DNA of 64,000 nucleotides from Podarcis tiliguerta (Eukaryota), in NCBI GenBank assembly GCA_965153285.1, contig OZ229116.1. One strand, 5' to 3'. Made by a program: the position numbers and the translations under genes. Shown here in pieces: positions 25,194 to 38,172 of the stretch (position 1 is the stretch's first letter; every line of letters begins with the position of its first letter). Below the pieces are notes generated by a model. That model searched no databases. It was not told the DNA's origin and worked only from the letters and a program-made list of their open reading frames with translations.

Positions 25194-27611
25194 CTGTTCG
25201 CAGCTCTGCCCTTCCTTATTGATATCTGAATCATTTGCAGTAAACAGAGGTCCAGAGATTTGAGAAGCCTGATGTCCTGTCAGTGTGTTTGTACAGCTTT
25301 CAATGGGGAAAAAAATCTGACTTTTCCGAGAGCCCGAAGTTAGTGAAAATTCATGGCAATAAGTCTGAAGAAATGCCCTGACTCCATCAATCCCCACAAA
25401 CTGTGAAACAGGAACCCCATTTAAATTTGCACTTCCAGTGTCACACAACTGAGAATGTCTCCACTTGCGAAGCCTTAGTACCAATAATACAAGGAGGAAA
25501 GTGAAGAACAAGCAGGAGACAAAAGCCACTGCAGTCACCAGGTAGAAAGTGAGGTCAGACTCAAGACTGATAGGAGCTGAGATGGTGCCCAGATCAGTCA
25601 GCATGTCAGGGATGTTGTCAGCCAAGACCACAGTGACAGTGACTGAAGCCGACATTGGAGGCTGCCCATTGTCCTTGACTAAAACCACCAAGCTTTGCTT
25701 GAGAGCATCTTTCTCCAGAAAGAAGCGGGCTGTCCTGATCTCTCCCGTGTGGAGCCCCAGAGTGAAGAGCCCTGGCTCGGTGGCCTTGATCAGCTGGTAG
25801 GAGAGCCAGGCATTCTGGCCAGAGTCCGCATCCACGGCCACCACCTTAGTGACCAGGTAGCCTGGCTCAGAAGAGCGAGGGGCCAGCTCTATCCCTGTGG
25901 AGCCGTCAGTGGGAGGGGAAGGGTAAAGGATTTGGGGAGCATTGTCATTCTGATCGAGGATGAAGAGAGTCACTGAGACATTGGAGCTGAGTGGTGGAGA
26001 ACCTCCATCCTGGGCCTTGACCACAAACTTAATCTCTTGGATCTCTTCATAATCAAAGGATCGTAGGGCATAGATTACTCCAGTCTCAGAGTTTATAGAA
26101 AGGCAGGAGGAGAAGTAGGAGTAACTCATCTCACCTTCAGTGATTGAATAAGTAATTTTGCCATTCATCTCCCAGTCAGGATCAGTTGCTTTTAGTGTTA
26201 AAACAGAGGATCCAGCTGAAGTATTTTCTGTAATTGAAGTAACATAGGACCTCTTTTCAAAGGTGGGTGGATTATCATTTTTATCTAATATTTTCAGCTG
26301 AATAGCGGTGGTTGTGGAGAGAGGAGGATTTCCTTTATCTGTTGCAATAACTGTAACATTGTAATAAGATACATCTTCTCGGTCCAGGGTTCCGCTAGTC
26401 ACTAAACTGTAATAATTATCAAACGTTTTCTCTAAATGAAATGGCGGGTTGCCAAAGATGGAGCATGTAACCAGCCCATTGTCTTCTGAATCCCTGTCTA
26501 TTACTTTTAACAGTGCAATTACAGTTCCTTCTGGGCAGTCTTCACTCACAGCATTAGTAAGAGATGTGACTGCAATTTCTGGTGCATTATCATTTATATC
26601 GGTAATAGCCAACAGAATATTTGCTCGACCTGATAAGCCTCTTCCATCACGAGCCTGAACCTCCATTTCATACAAAGCACATTCCTCAAAATCTATCTGC
26701 TGCCTCACCCTTACGTCTCCAGTTCTCGGATCCAAATGGAAACTGTTCGAAGCCTTTTCTGATACCTGCCTGAATGCATATGTTATCTCTGAATTAATGC
26801 CTTCATCCAGATCGGTAGCATTGACTGTTACAAGCAGGGAATTAACAGGAATGTTTTCTGCAGTGGTCACTTTATAAACAGATGCTGAAAAAACTGGTGC
26901 ATTGTCATTTGCATCTTCAACGGAAACTTTGATGTGTGCAGTTCCGGATTTGACAGGATTCCCCCCATCACTGGCTGTAAGGATTAAGTCATGAAAAGCT
27001 TCTACTTCTCGATCCATAGACTTTTCCAGTACTAACTCAGCATATTTGGCTCCACTTGCTGTCATTTGCACATCAAGGAAGAAGTGTCTGTTAGGGCTGA
27101 TTTGATAGCTCTGTAAAGAGTTCACTCCTAAGTCTGGGTCCTGTGCATCTGGAAGAAGAAATCGAGATCCCACAGCTGTATTTTCTCGGATATTTAGCTG
27201 CAATGTCTCCACTTGGAATGTTGGTGCATTGTCATTGATATCTTCGATTTCAATTTCTACTGTATAGACTTTTAGCTGCTCCTGAATAAGAATCTCCAAC
27301 TTCAAAATACAAGTTAACAGACGTCCACATATTTCTTCTCTATCTAGTCTTTCATTAATATATAAATGACCATTTTGGAAATTGAGGGCAAAATATTGTG
27401 TCCTACCTTCTGTAATAATCCGGACACCACCAGGCAAGAGTTGCTTCATATCCAATCCCAGATCCTGCGAGAGATCCCCAACAAAAGAACCTTCCTGCAG
27501 TTCCTCAGGAACTGAATAATGGATCTGTGCAGTAACTGCCTGAAAAACAGCTAGCAGAACAAGGCAGGATGTCTGTCTCCTTCTATCCAAGAGTGTCTGT
27601 ATACAAGCCAT
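25194..27611 (-). CDS. PCDHGA: Protocadherin gamma-A-like variable exon
   Basis: 814-aa ORF 25167-27611, six EC repeats plus TM plus gamma-A tail; phase-0 donor CAG|GTATGT at 25194/25193. Family-level symbol. Confidence 0.95.
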
Positions 27612-27820
27612 TTCAGCCTCTGCCAGGTCCTATCAGTCCACAGATAACAGGCACCAAACTAGGCTCTCTTAACAGACTAATGTGCCTATTTAAGACTTCC
27701 TTTTATTTTCCATCAAACAAGATCCTCTTTTTTCTTTTAGGTCAGAGATTATAATAAACCTTTTGTGTTTTTGCATCTCGGTGGTCTAGCTGGTTCAATC
27801 CAGTTTCTCTCCTTACTGGT

Positions 27821-27856
27821 GAACAGTGACACCCAATGGATCAGTCAGTAAATGCA
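27821..27856 (-). promoter_or_regulatory. Pcdh CSE variant (CGCT core changed to CACT)
   Basis: gaacagtgacacccaatggatcagtcagtaaatgca, about 213 bp upstream of ATG 27611, with the same spacing to the distal TGCA module. Confidence 0.75.
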
Positions 27857-28288
27857 GTGTTTTAAAAAACTGCAAAATAACATTTCATTCCTTTTTATTT
27901 AATAATAGGTATAAAAACAAACTTCCATTAACATACTGCACCCTGTCTAGAAAGCTCAATGGAGATTGGATAAGCACCACAATGGATGAGTAACACAGTG
28001 TACCTCCTCATCAACAGGATTGTGTCAAAAGTAATCAGTGACTATTGATCTAATGTCAATTTCCACCTTATATATATATTTAATCAACCTAATTCAGAGT
28101 ACAGTCACATGGGTTTTTTTGAAGTGTCTTCTCCCAGTGTGGGAGTAGGGTTGCTGGGATGAGGGAGAGAAGGGGGAGGAGCCGTGTGTGTGTGTGTTTG
28201 GAGATGCGGGCCCAGATTTTACGCTACATAGCCTTGCCTATGCCTTCACTCAGATGTAACCTGCTGGTGAATATTTAGTGTGTAGGGT

Positions 28289-28423
28289 GGACAGATCCTG
28301 AAGCTGAGGCTCCAATACTTTGGCAACCTCATGAGAAGAGAAGACTCCATGGAAAAGACCCTGATGTTGGGAAAGATGGAGGGCACAAGGAGAAGGGGAC
28401 GACAGAGGACGAGATGGTTGGAC
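28289..28423 (+). mobile_element. RTE-BovB LINE 3' fragment
   Basis: Translates QILKLRLQYFGNLMRREDSMEKTLMLGKMEGTRRRGRQRTRWLD, the typical BovB ORF C-terminus. Confidence 0.9.
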
Positions 28424-28574
28424 AACTTTGTGGGGTCAGTGTCAGCTTCTGCAGCCTGAAGACATGGACAGGGTGCTTGCAGGGATACCCTCTCAATCCC
28501 TGCCCATCTTGGCTGTTGAAACTGAGCCTGGGGCTTGACTGGATGGGTCCAAGTGGCAAAGGTCTTTATTTTTA

Positions 28575-28875
28575 TTTTTGCATGAAGGAGTGGCACTTGC
28601 TGACTTAAAGAAGTTGGTGTGGGCACTACTGAAAAAGCCAGCCCTGGACAAATTGGCTTGCAGCAACTATTACCAAGTCACAAGTAGCTTCATTCTGGGG
28701 AAGGTGATTGAAAGAGTTGTAGTGGAACAACTGCAACATGAGAATGATTTTCTGGATCCATTCCTGTCTGGTTGATGCCTGGGTTCAGGACTGAATAAGC
28801 CTTGGTCTCTCTGACGGATGATAATCCTTGATTCTTTTGCTTGATATCTCAGCAGCTTTCAGTACCATTGATAAA
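28575..28875 (+). mobile_element. Degenerate L2-like reverse-transcriptase fragment
   Basis: LLKKPALD..NY..V...LGKVIERVV..QL...FLDPF.SG and LLLDISAAFSTID remnants. Confidence 0.7.
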
Positions 28876-28986
28876 GTGCACCAGTGAAGACATCTTGGAC
28901 CCTGCCCCCTCTCTGGTGTGTGCAGCAATGTGCAAATGTGACTTGAAATGCAGCTAGGAAAATCTACCTCACTGTGTTTTAAGCTA

Positions 28987-29327
28987 CAGTGGTGCCCCGC
29001 AAGACGAATGCCTCGCAAGACGGAAAACCCGCAAGACGAAAGGGTTTTCCGTTTTCAGAGGCGCTTCGCAAGACAAATTTCCCTATGGGCTTGCTTCGCA
29101 AGACAAAAATTGACGAAAATTTTTGAGGGTTTTTCCCGCTCCAAAACCCCTTTTTCTGAAGCGCTAAACCGCCAATTCCTTAAGCCTTTAATAGGCGTTA
29201 ATAGCCCTTAAACTGCAAATAGCGCTAATAGCCCTAATCCGCTAATGGGCTTGCTTCACAAGATGAAAAAACCACAAGACGAAAAGACTCGCGGAATGGA
29301 TTATTTTGGTCTTGCGAGGCACCACTG
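28987..29327. mobile_element. Tc1/mariner (Tigger-like) MITE
   Basis: TIR cagtggtgcc(c/t)cgcaagac, TA target duplication, internal cgcaagacg repeats. Confidence 0.9.
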
Positions 29328-29480
29328 TACTAGTGTTTACATAGCCTTAGTGTACACCAACAGAAAGGCATGGCAGATAAGGATGGTATAAAATTCACTA
29401 GCTCCCAGGGGATTAGCAATCTGCCCTTCCCTCCCTCAGTGTCCTTTCTACCCAAGCACAGGCATCTCATCTTAAGAATC

Positions 29481-29722
29481 ATAGCCAGTGTAGTGTAGTG
29501 GTTAAGAGCAGTGGACTCACAATCTGGTGAACCAGGTTCGCATCTCCACTCCTCCACATGCAGCTGCTGGGTGACCTTGGGCTAGTCATACTTCTCTGAA
29601 GTCTCTCAGCCTCATTCACCTCACAGAGTGTTTGTTGTGGGGAAGGAAGTGAAAGGAGATTGTTAGCTGCTTTGAGACTCCTTAGGGTAGTGATAAAGCA
29701 GGATATCAAGTCCAAACTCTTC
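29481..29722 (+). mobile_element. tRNA-derived SINE (Squam3-like)
   Basis: A-box tagtgtagtgg and B-box ggttcgcatct; ends ccaaactcttc; homologous to 48015-48268. Confidence 0.85.
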
Positions 29723-30967
29723 ATAGTGGGAAAGAATCCATTTTTATATTGTGTTGCATTGCTGTCAGATGGCTAGTGGAGTGCAAGTAGATTCAGGTTT
29801 GGTGGTCAGTCTCAGCTTCAGGTTTTGGAGGGCCTTGGGCAGGACCTTGCTCAGTAAGCCCACCTGCTCCCCACTCCCATAATCACCAGGTACTACTGCT
29901 TTCCCCCAAGCCGGAAAGGACAGGGTAGCCTTCTGGTCATTGCCTGGTCTGACCTGACCTAAAGTACAACCACCTACTAACTAAATGCAGTTCACTAATA
30001 TATGGAAACTTTTCTTTCCAATTCTGGTGCCTCAATTGTGGTCCAGCAGAGTTTTTGTAATGACAGTAGAAAAGAAGTGTTCCAAAAGTGGGGAAGGCAA
30101 GAAGTTAAGGAAATGCCAGCAGAGAACTGAAACCAAGGATTGATCAGTTGTAGCCAGAGTTGTTGAATGTTAAGGAAAGTTACTTTGTTTGCAGCAGCAA
30201 ATATTTCAGTTGTCTGCTCCATATATCTAAAACCATCTGTCACCAGAGATTTCAAGACAATTTAGAAAAATTAGAACAAGTAGAACAATAATAAATACAC
30301 TCAGCTCTTGCCTCCTCCAGCCATGTTCAATGACCAGAGGGAGAGAAGTGGCAGCTGCACATTTTCCTCCCTCCTATCTCTGCTCATTGACTCAGAGACA
30401 GCATCCGAACAAGCAAGGAGAAGCACCTGGAATCAGAGACCTCAGGGATTGCTTGTAGGCAACTTGCTGTGGCCCAATAATGCCAGTTCCAATGCCACCT
30501 TGACTTAGGATAGTTCAAGCAGCTACTTGCCAAGAGCAACAAACCTCTCCCTGGTGATATAGATAAATCCAACCCAGTAACGAACCCAAATGACATCTGT
30601 TAAGGAAATACTTTAACAGGAACTCTTGTCTGCAAGTGTTTGTTCCTTTATGCCCATTTCTTTCCCTTTACTTGCCATTAAAAAACCCTAACCCTAGACA
30701 GCAAAGAAAGTGCAAAGAAAGCGGGGGGGGGGGGGGGAGGCAAATGCCACTCACTTTCTGAATTTATGAAGTGCAAAAATCAACTAATGTTTGGTGGGGT
30801 ATTACTCAAAATACATGGCTAAACGCTTGTAAAATAAATACAAATCCACTCTGCACAATTCTTAGCTCAGTGCCCAATGAGCTCTGCAGACTGTATCACA
30901 TTCAACTTGTTTCTGCTTTGTACATTGTAAAATGTGAGCAATCTTAATTTTAGAAAATGAAACTCAC

Positions 30968-33481
30968 CTGCTCAGAGTTTTGTCGTACTGTATCAGTGCT
31001 TGGATCTTCCATAGTTAATAAAGGACCTAAATTATCGGCAGCTGGATGAGATGAGAGAATATCTGTACAACTTCCAATTGGAAAAACAATTTTATTGTTT
31101 TGGGAGCAGGTAGTTAGTGAGCCGTCAGGGCAGTAAGACTGAAGAAAAGCCCGGACACCATCAATGCCCACAAACTGTGAAACAGGTACTCCATTGAAAT
31201 TTCCAAATCCTGAGTCACACAATTGTGAGTTTCTCCACCTATAAAGTCTAAAAGCTAGTAACAAAAGCAGAAAGGTGAAGAACAAGCAGGAGACAGCAGC
31301 TACTGCAGTCACCAGGTACGAAGTGAGCTCACCATCAGATTGTGGGTCTTCAGATACTGAGATGCTGCTCAGGTCTGAGAGGATTGCAGGGATGGTGTCA
31401 GCCAGCACCACAGTCAGAGTGGCTGAAGCAGAGAGAGGTGGCTGCCCATTGTCCTTGACTAAAACCACCAGGCTTTGCTTGAGGGTATCTTTCTCCAAAA
31501 AGAAGCGGGCTGTCCTGATCTCTCCTGTGTGGAGCCCCAGAGTGAAGAGCCCTGGCTCGGTGGCCTTGATCAGCTGGTAGGAGAGCCAGGCATTCTGGCC
31601 AGAGTCCGCATCCACGGCCACCACCTTAGTGACCAGGTAGCCTGGCTCAGAGGAGCGAGGGGCCAGCTCTATCCCTGTGGAACCGTCGGTGGGAGGTGAA
31701 GGGTAAAGGATTTGGGGAGCATTGTCATTCTGGTCAAGGATGAAGAGAGTCACTGAGACGTTGGAGCTGAGTGGTGGAGAGCCTCCGTCCTGGGCCTTGA
31801 CAAGGAAATTAATCTCCCTGATCTCTTCATAATCAAAGGAGTGTAGGGCATAGATTGCTCCAGTTTCAGAGTTAATTGAAAGGTATGTAGGAAGGAAGGA
31901 ATTTCTGACTTTAGTCTCATGCTCACTTATCTGAGAGTAAGTCCCATTGAGCTCATTGGAATTCACTTCTGAGTAGGCTTTCTTAGCATTGGGCTGCACA
32001 ATATCTCTTTCAATGATAGAGTAAATTATTCTGCCATTTTCCTCACAATCAGAGTCATGTGCCTTCAAAATAGTAATGAATTCACTTCTGTGGTTATTTT
32101 CCTCAAGATAAAAAGTGAATGCTGTATTTTTAAAGGTGGGTGGGTTGTCATTTTCATCTAATATTTCTAGTGGGAAGTAAGCAGTTGTTGAGAGAGAAGG
32201 AATCCCTTGGTCACTTGCTATTATTGTGATGTTATAGTCTGAGACCCTCTCCCTGTCAAGGACACTTGCAATCTCCAAGTTGTAATAGTTGTCAAATGCT
32301 TTCTTCAACAGAAACGGAAGTCCTGCTGGTATAGAACATGAGACTTCTCCATTTCCCCCATCATCTCTGTCATTTATATTTATAAGACCTAGTACAGTTC
32401 CTGGAGGAGAACTTTCTTCAACCTTGCTGAAAAGTGGTGTAATTGCAATCTCCGGTGGATTGTCATTCGCATCCATGACTCTTATGACTACTCTAGCGCG
32501 AGTAGACAAGCCAGCCCCATCTTGTGCTTGGACTTCCATTTCATGTGCTATAGATTCTTCAAAGTCAATATTCCCAATGACTGATATTTGCCCTGTTGCA
32601 GAATCCAAGTGGAATATTTTGGAAGCTTTGTCTGAAATTTTTCTGAATGAATACATTACCTTTGAGTTTATTCCCTCATCAAGGTCGGTTGCATTCAGAA
32701 TTAACACGTGCGACCCTTTAAGCATGTTTTCCATAACGTCTGCTTCATACAGAGACTTACTGAAAATAGGAGCATTGTCATTTACATCTGCAACAGCAAC
32801 ACGGATTTGCACCGTACCAGACCTGGCAGGTTCTCCTTTGTCAGCAGCAGTGAGAATTAGTTGGTGCACTTTTTGTTCTTCTCGATCTAACAGCTTTTCA
32901 AGGACTAGTTCTGCGTATTTGATCCCATCAACTCCAGTTTGTACATCCAAGGAAAAGTGTCTGTTGCTACTGAGATGGTAGCTCTGGAGAGAATTCGTCC
33001 CTAGATCTGGATCCTGAGCCCCTGGTAAAAGAAACCTTGCCCCAAGACCTGAGTTTTCAGCAATTGTTAATTCAAACTCTTCTACAGGGAAGCTGGGTGA
33101 GTTGTCATTAATATCAGTTATTTCAACTTTAGCCATAAAAAACTTCACTTTATCCTTCACAAGAATCTCAAAATTTAACAGACATTTTTCTACCTGGTGG
33201 CAAATCTGCTCCCTGTCAATTACTTCCTTGATAAACAAATGTCCATTTCTCAAATCAAGTGAAAAATATTGCTTCATACCTCTGGAAATTATCCTGGTGT
33301 CTCCACTTGATAACTCCTTTACGCTCAGTCCAAGATCCTTTGCAATATCTCCTACAAAAGAACCTTCCTCCATTTCCTCAGGAATCAAATAATGTATTTG
33401 CCCAGAAGCTACCTCCCAGACCATCACCAGCACAAAGCAAAGCACACTATTCTTTTGATAACATAGAATCCTTCCAGCCAT
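30968..33481 (-). CDS. PCDHGA: Protocadherin gamma-A-like variable exon, first gamma exon after the beta subcluster; 31-aa insertion in EC5
   Basis: 843-aa ORF 30950-33481, six EC repeats plus TM plus [15 protein letters not shown] tail; phase-0 donor CAG|GTGAGT at 30968/30967. Family-level symbol. Confidence 0.95.
31907..31998. repeat. Palindromic MITE-like repeat embedded in frame in a coding exon
   Basis: cacttatctgagagtaagtcccattgagctcattggaattcacttctgagtag...tagcattgggctgca; colinear with the intergenic copy at 19862-19945; absent from paralogous exons. Confidence 0.7.
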
Positions 33482-33661
33482 TTCCAGGTAGACTGTCGGA
33501 TTGTTGTGCCCTTATTGTCCAGTTTGGACCTTACAAAGGTTCCAAATGCTACCTAGATATTTCCTCCTGCAAATCCAGACTTGCTGAACGCGGATGTGAG
33601 CTTTTTGTATTCTTTGCGGAATGAGAGCAGAACAGGGATTTGTAGTTCTTGGCTTATGAGC

Positions 33662-33697
33662 AAACAGCGACACTTAGAGGTTCAATGAATAATTACA
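33662..33697 (-). promoter_or_regulatory. Pcdh CSE (promoter CTCF site)
   Basis: aaacagcgacacttagaggttcaatgaataattaca, about 184 bp upstream of ATG 33481. Confidence 0.8.
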
Positions 33698-34423
33698 ACA
33701 GTTTTAGTCCTTCCTCCGTGTTTGGGGGGGGGGGAGGGACTTCAAGCAAAACCCAATTAATTTTAGATAATAGTCTATTATTCCCAAGGAACGTCAAATA
33801 GCAACTAGTCATGTGTACCAATTTGCTTTACAATTTTTAAGTCAACCTATGGAAAGATGCTGTTATGTTAATTGTTCTGATCTATCTCCCAATTTCATGC
33901 CTATGATCCTCAAGGTGGATATGTTTTCTTAGATCTGATGAACTGGGCCACAAAACTGTTGTTTCTTTCTGCAACAAGCTAAGATGACTAGCCCTCTGAA
34001 TATGTTTCCCTATTGTTCCTATTTTTCATCAGTAATAATAATAATTTTATTATTTATACCCCACTGATCTAGACAGCTTGCCCCAGAGTATTGAAAATAA
34101 ACACTGAGCATGCAATAAATACATATATAATACTGGGAGAAAGCAAGTGAGAGGGGACAGATTTTGAACTATGTAAACAATCTTTTTAAATTTCTATTTT
34201 CATTATCAGTTGTAGAAGGGGAGTATGCTTAGTAAAATAGTGAATTTTTAAGTGTTGTACAATGCATGACTGCAGTGACTACATTATGACATGAGCACTG
34301 TTCCACATTCATTCGAAATAAGATGGGTTTATGAAGCATTCTATATCCACCCACCATGCTGATGAAGAATTCTACGAAACAGTAGTCAATATCTGGAATT
34401 ACTGTTCAGTATTGAACATTATA

Positions 34424-34772
34424 GGGACGCGGGTGGCGCTGTGGGTTAAACCACAGAGCCTAGGACTTGCTGATCAGAAGGTCGGTGGTTCGAATCCCCG
34501 CGATGAGGTGAGCTCCCGTTGCTCGGTCCCTGCTCCTGCCAGCCTAGCAGTACGAAAGCACAGCAAGTGCAAGTAGATAAATAGGTACCGCTCTGGCAGG
34601 AAGGTAAACGGCGTTTCCGTGTGCTGCTCCGGTTCACCAAAAGCAGCTTAGTCATGCTGGCCGCATGACCCGGAAGCTGCACGCCGGCTCCCTCGGCCAA
34701 TAAACCAAGATGAGCGCCGCCACCCTAGAGTCGGACATGACTGTACCTAATGGTCAGGGGTCACTTTATATT
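34424..34772 (+). mobile_element. Full-length Sauria-type SINE
   Basis: gggacgcgggtggcgctgtgggttaaaccac head, B-box ggttcgaatcc, BovB-like 3' part; highly similar to 50312-50662. Confidence 0.9.
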
Positions 34773-35313
34773 TTTATTGGAGATCATTGTTGAATACACA
34801 AAGCTTCACAGTTTGTCTTCCACCATACAAAGTTTGGTACCTCGCTTTATTTAAAGATTTTCAGAGACTTTGAGACTAAAGATTTCATTTTGAACTTTTT
34901 ATGATTTGAAGGAATTCTATAAAGATTGTCTATTATATGGTCATTGTTGATGTTCTCTTTGCAACACAGGGGTTTGATTGGATACCAGCAGGGACCCAGG
35001 CAGATGAGCCAAGCCAGACAGATCTTAAGCTGGTTTAAGTCCTCGAAAGTGGACATGGTGGGGGAGGAGCCGGGGGAGGACTTAGGCTGGATCCTAAGCT
35101 CATTGAGAATGGTTAGATAACCCAGGTTAGCAAGGAGGGTGATGTAACCCAAACACCCACTTTCAAGGCTTGTTTTCCCTCCGTCAGGCTTAGACATGCT
35201 TCAGAATGGAGTTTGGCTCTGGCATACTTTACCCCAGCTTAACTTCACACCAGGTTTTTATGTATAGGATTGCCCTAACCCTCACCTGGCCTCTGTATTA
35301 CTATTTGTTCTCT

Positions 35314-35535
35314 GAGAGCCAGTGTGGTGCAGTGGTTAGAGTGTCAGACTAGGACCTGGGAGACGCAGGTTCAAATCCAGACTTGGCCTTGAAGCTCACT
35401 GTGTGACCTTGGCCATTCACAGTCTATCAGCCTAACCTACCTTGTCGTGAAGGCAAGATAGGAAGGAAGAGAACTATGTATGAGCTCCTTGCGCCCCTTG
35501 GAGGAAAGTGGGATACAAATGAAATAAATGAATAA
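35314..35535 (+). mobile_element. Older tRNA-derived SINE (Squam3/MIR-like)
   Basis: gagagccagtgtggtgcagtggttagagtgtcagact...ggttcaaatcc...gtgaccttgg core and an A-rich tail. Confidence 0.75.
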
Positions 35536-37925
35536 TACATTCAAATAAAAGAAAGAAAATGAATCTTAGTTTCCCCACCCCCAAAACAAGGGAAGAATAC
35601 CGGGTTGATATTTAACCTTCTTGGGGCACAGTTCAAATCCTGATAAAAGTCGGAAATACCCAAACATTTCTTGGCATATCTGGCATATCAGGATTTGTGT
35701 AGAGCCCAAAAAAGGTGAAATCATATTTAAAGAATACTAGTTAAGCCCCTTGTTGAATCAAATGCAATAGGAGCTCAGGAATTGGACAAAATAGAATTTA
35801 TATCGACTTGGACATTGTCAGAATAATGTAATTGTCAAAATTCCTGTTCCTGTTCCAGAACTTGCCAACCTCGATCTCTCCCAAACAATTTAAGATCTGG
35901 CCAAGTAAATATATGCATGGGGGTAAAAAGCCCAGAGTCAACAATCAGATTCTGTAGATTCCAAATTTACAGCCCTTACTTTGATGCAGTTCAGATTAGA
36001 CATTTATGTTCCTTAATCAATAATGAAGATGGCAAACCTTGTGTTGGGATAGTGTTATTGCACCCATCTTACAGAGCAATTCCATTTCTCCCAAGAGAAC
36101 CAATTTCCTTACAACCTTCTAACCCATCCCTGCAGGTGGCTCTCAATATCTGGAACTTATTACAGCTAAATCCCTTTGCCTTTACTATTTCTGTGTAAAC
36201 AACTTACCTATCGAGGAGAAACGGATCCCAGAAGTGCACTAAAAACTGGTTTCAGTATAATCAATTAATGCACTTCCTGTTAGATCTGGGGATAGCAGCC
36301 CAGGCAACCTGCGGTTTTGTGGGAAATATGATGTTTTTGTTGGGAACCAAGACTATGTGAACTAGACATTGCAGCCACAGAAGATGAAATTGTGGGTGAA
36401 AAAAAAACTTTTTGCTCCTTGTCAGTCCATATATGAGAAATTATTTAAAACTGATACCTAAATGGTGTCTTACTCCCATGAAACTTTTCAGAATCACTAA
36501 TACAGCAAGCTCACATTGAAGGAGATTATGTGGTGAACTTGGGACTTACCTTCATATGTGATGGCACTGTCCAGTGGAACAAATCTTTTCGTCAAGTGTA
36601 TTTTCAGAGATTATTCTTAGCACAGGTTAACCTTTGAAGATGGCACCAGTTTTAGCTGTGTTAAACTTTTCTGATAGTCCTAATCAAGATGTGTGGTTTA
36701 AAGATCTAATACTCCTACTAGTGGCTACATACTTAGAAGCAGAACACAAATGGTGGACTCTGGAGGGTATATTCCTAAACTCATAGGTGTGTCTGGAAAA
36801 TGGCTTTAATCAAAGAATTCACATGTCAAACCAGAAAATGAAATAAACTTTGCTTTCCGAAACTGATTGCATGATCCTTACGTATACGGGCTGCTGCATA
36901 TTTTATTTGTTTAGGAATGTATATTTTTACCTGTCTCTTCATTGGAGGGGATTATGGAATTAACTTGGAAACCCAGCAAATATCCTAAGGCTTAAATATT
37001 AAGGTAGTGAATACCTCATTGTTTATGTAAGAACTGGCACATCTCTTAACCTGTGGTTGACAAGGGGAGCCATTGTGGAGGTTCTTTAGTTCAATGTGGA
37101 ATTCAACATAATAAAGGAAAATCTTTGTAAGCCTGGGAGATAGGCAAACAGAGGGCTGCTACTTAGGAGTAAGATTCTCCTGAGAGTCTGGTGAGTTGAA
37201 GGACTGCTTAGTCCCAGGAAAGTAGATGGTGCTTTAATTGGCTTTATTTTGCTATTTTGCTCCAAGGGGGGTGGTTTTCAGTAACTTTTGCATTACACAT
37301 CTTTCTTTTAAAACTCCATATTTCCCCCCGTCTTTCTAAACACTTTATTTGTTTCATAACCAATGTGGCCTCAGCTTATTTTAACACCCTCACACTTAGA
37401 AGCTATGTTACATTACCTTAAAAGGCATCAGGGAAAGCACAGGAAATTAGGAGACTGATAAGGGACAGTCTTGTGGGAATAACCTCTTGTCACTACACTT
37501 GGTAGCAATCTGGGAAATGTTCCAAGGACTTAACTGTGACTTTGTTGTTGTCTTCTTATGTATGATTGTTTGAAGACCAAGTTATATGGTGAAAGTTTGA
37601 AGGAGCTAGGTATATATAATCTGGAGAAGAGAAGATTAAGAGGACATGATATCTGTCTTCAAATGTTTGAAGGCTTTTCACTTCCTTCTTTTTTGTGTCT
37701 TATCTTATTCTGTGCACTTGTAATTTTGTGCTTTTTATTTAAAGTGTATGTTTGTGTGTATAGGCAGCAGGGTAAGCTATAAAGTATCCCAGCAGTTAGT
37801 AATACAAGTAGTAATATAATATAGTCAAGCTGAGAGAAACTGACAGAATGCCTTCATTCTCCAGGTGTCCTCCCATCCCAATGTTTCTTGTAAGTAAATG
37901 TCTCTAAATTATTACAACCACAATA

Positions 37926-38172
37926 CAGTGGTGCCTCGCAAGACGAAATTAATTTGTTCTGCAAGTTTTTTCGTCTTGCGAAGCACCAATGTGTATTGGC
38001 GGTTTCCCATAGGAATGCATTGGCAGTTTTTTTAAAAAAAGGTGCAAGACGTTTCGTCTTGCGAATAAGCCCATAGGGAAATCCGTCTTGCAAAGCAGCT
38101 CAGAAAATGAAAAACTCTTTCGTCTTGCAAGTTTTTCGACTTCCGAGGCATTCGTCTTGCGGGGCACCACTG
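37926..38172. mobile_element. Tc1/mariner MITE (same family as 28987-29327)
   Basis: TIR cagtggtgcc(t/c)cgcaagacgaa with TA TSD; opposite orientation to the 29 kb copy. Confidence 0.9.

Noticed and set aside
28987-29327. Regularly repeated cgcaagacg motifs resembling an array
   Set aside because: Subterminal repeats of a Tc1/mariner MITE with TIRs and a TA duplication; not a CRISPR-like array, and this is a vertebrate genome.
29995-30255. 86-aa minus-strand ORF and other short intergenic ORFs (581-871, 8600-8857)
   Set aside because: No recognisable domain, no splice context and mostly non-ATG starts; lengths expected by chance.
36202-36550. Two AG|GTAAGT donors on the minus strand and a possible 31-nt micro-exon at 36238-36208 (CTSGIRFSSI)
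   Set aside because: Weak acceptor, no convincing downstream exon, only three residues (RFS) in common with gamma constant exon 1; the same 8-mer recurs at 7215, 14635 and 19880, in at least one case inside a repeat.
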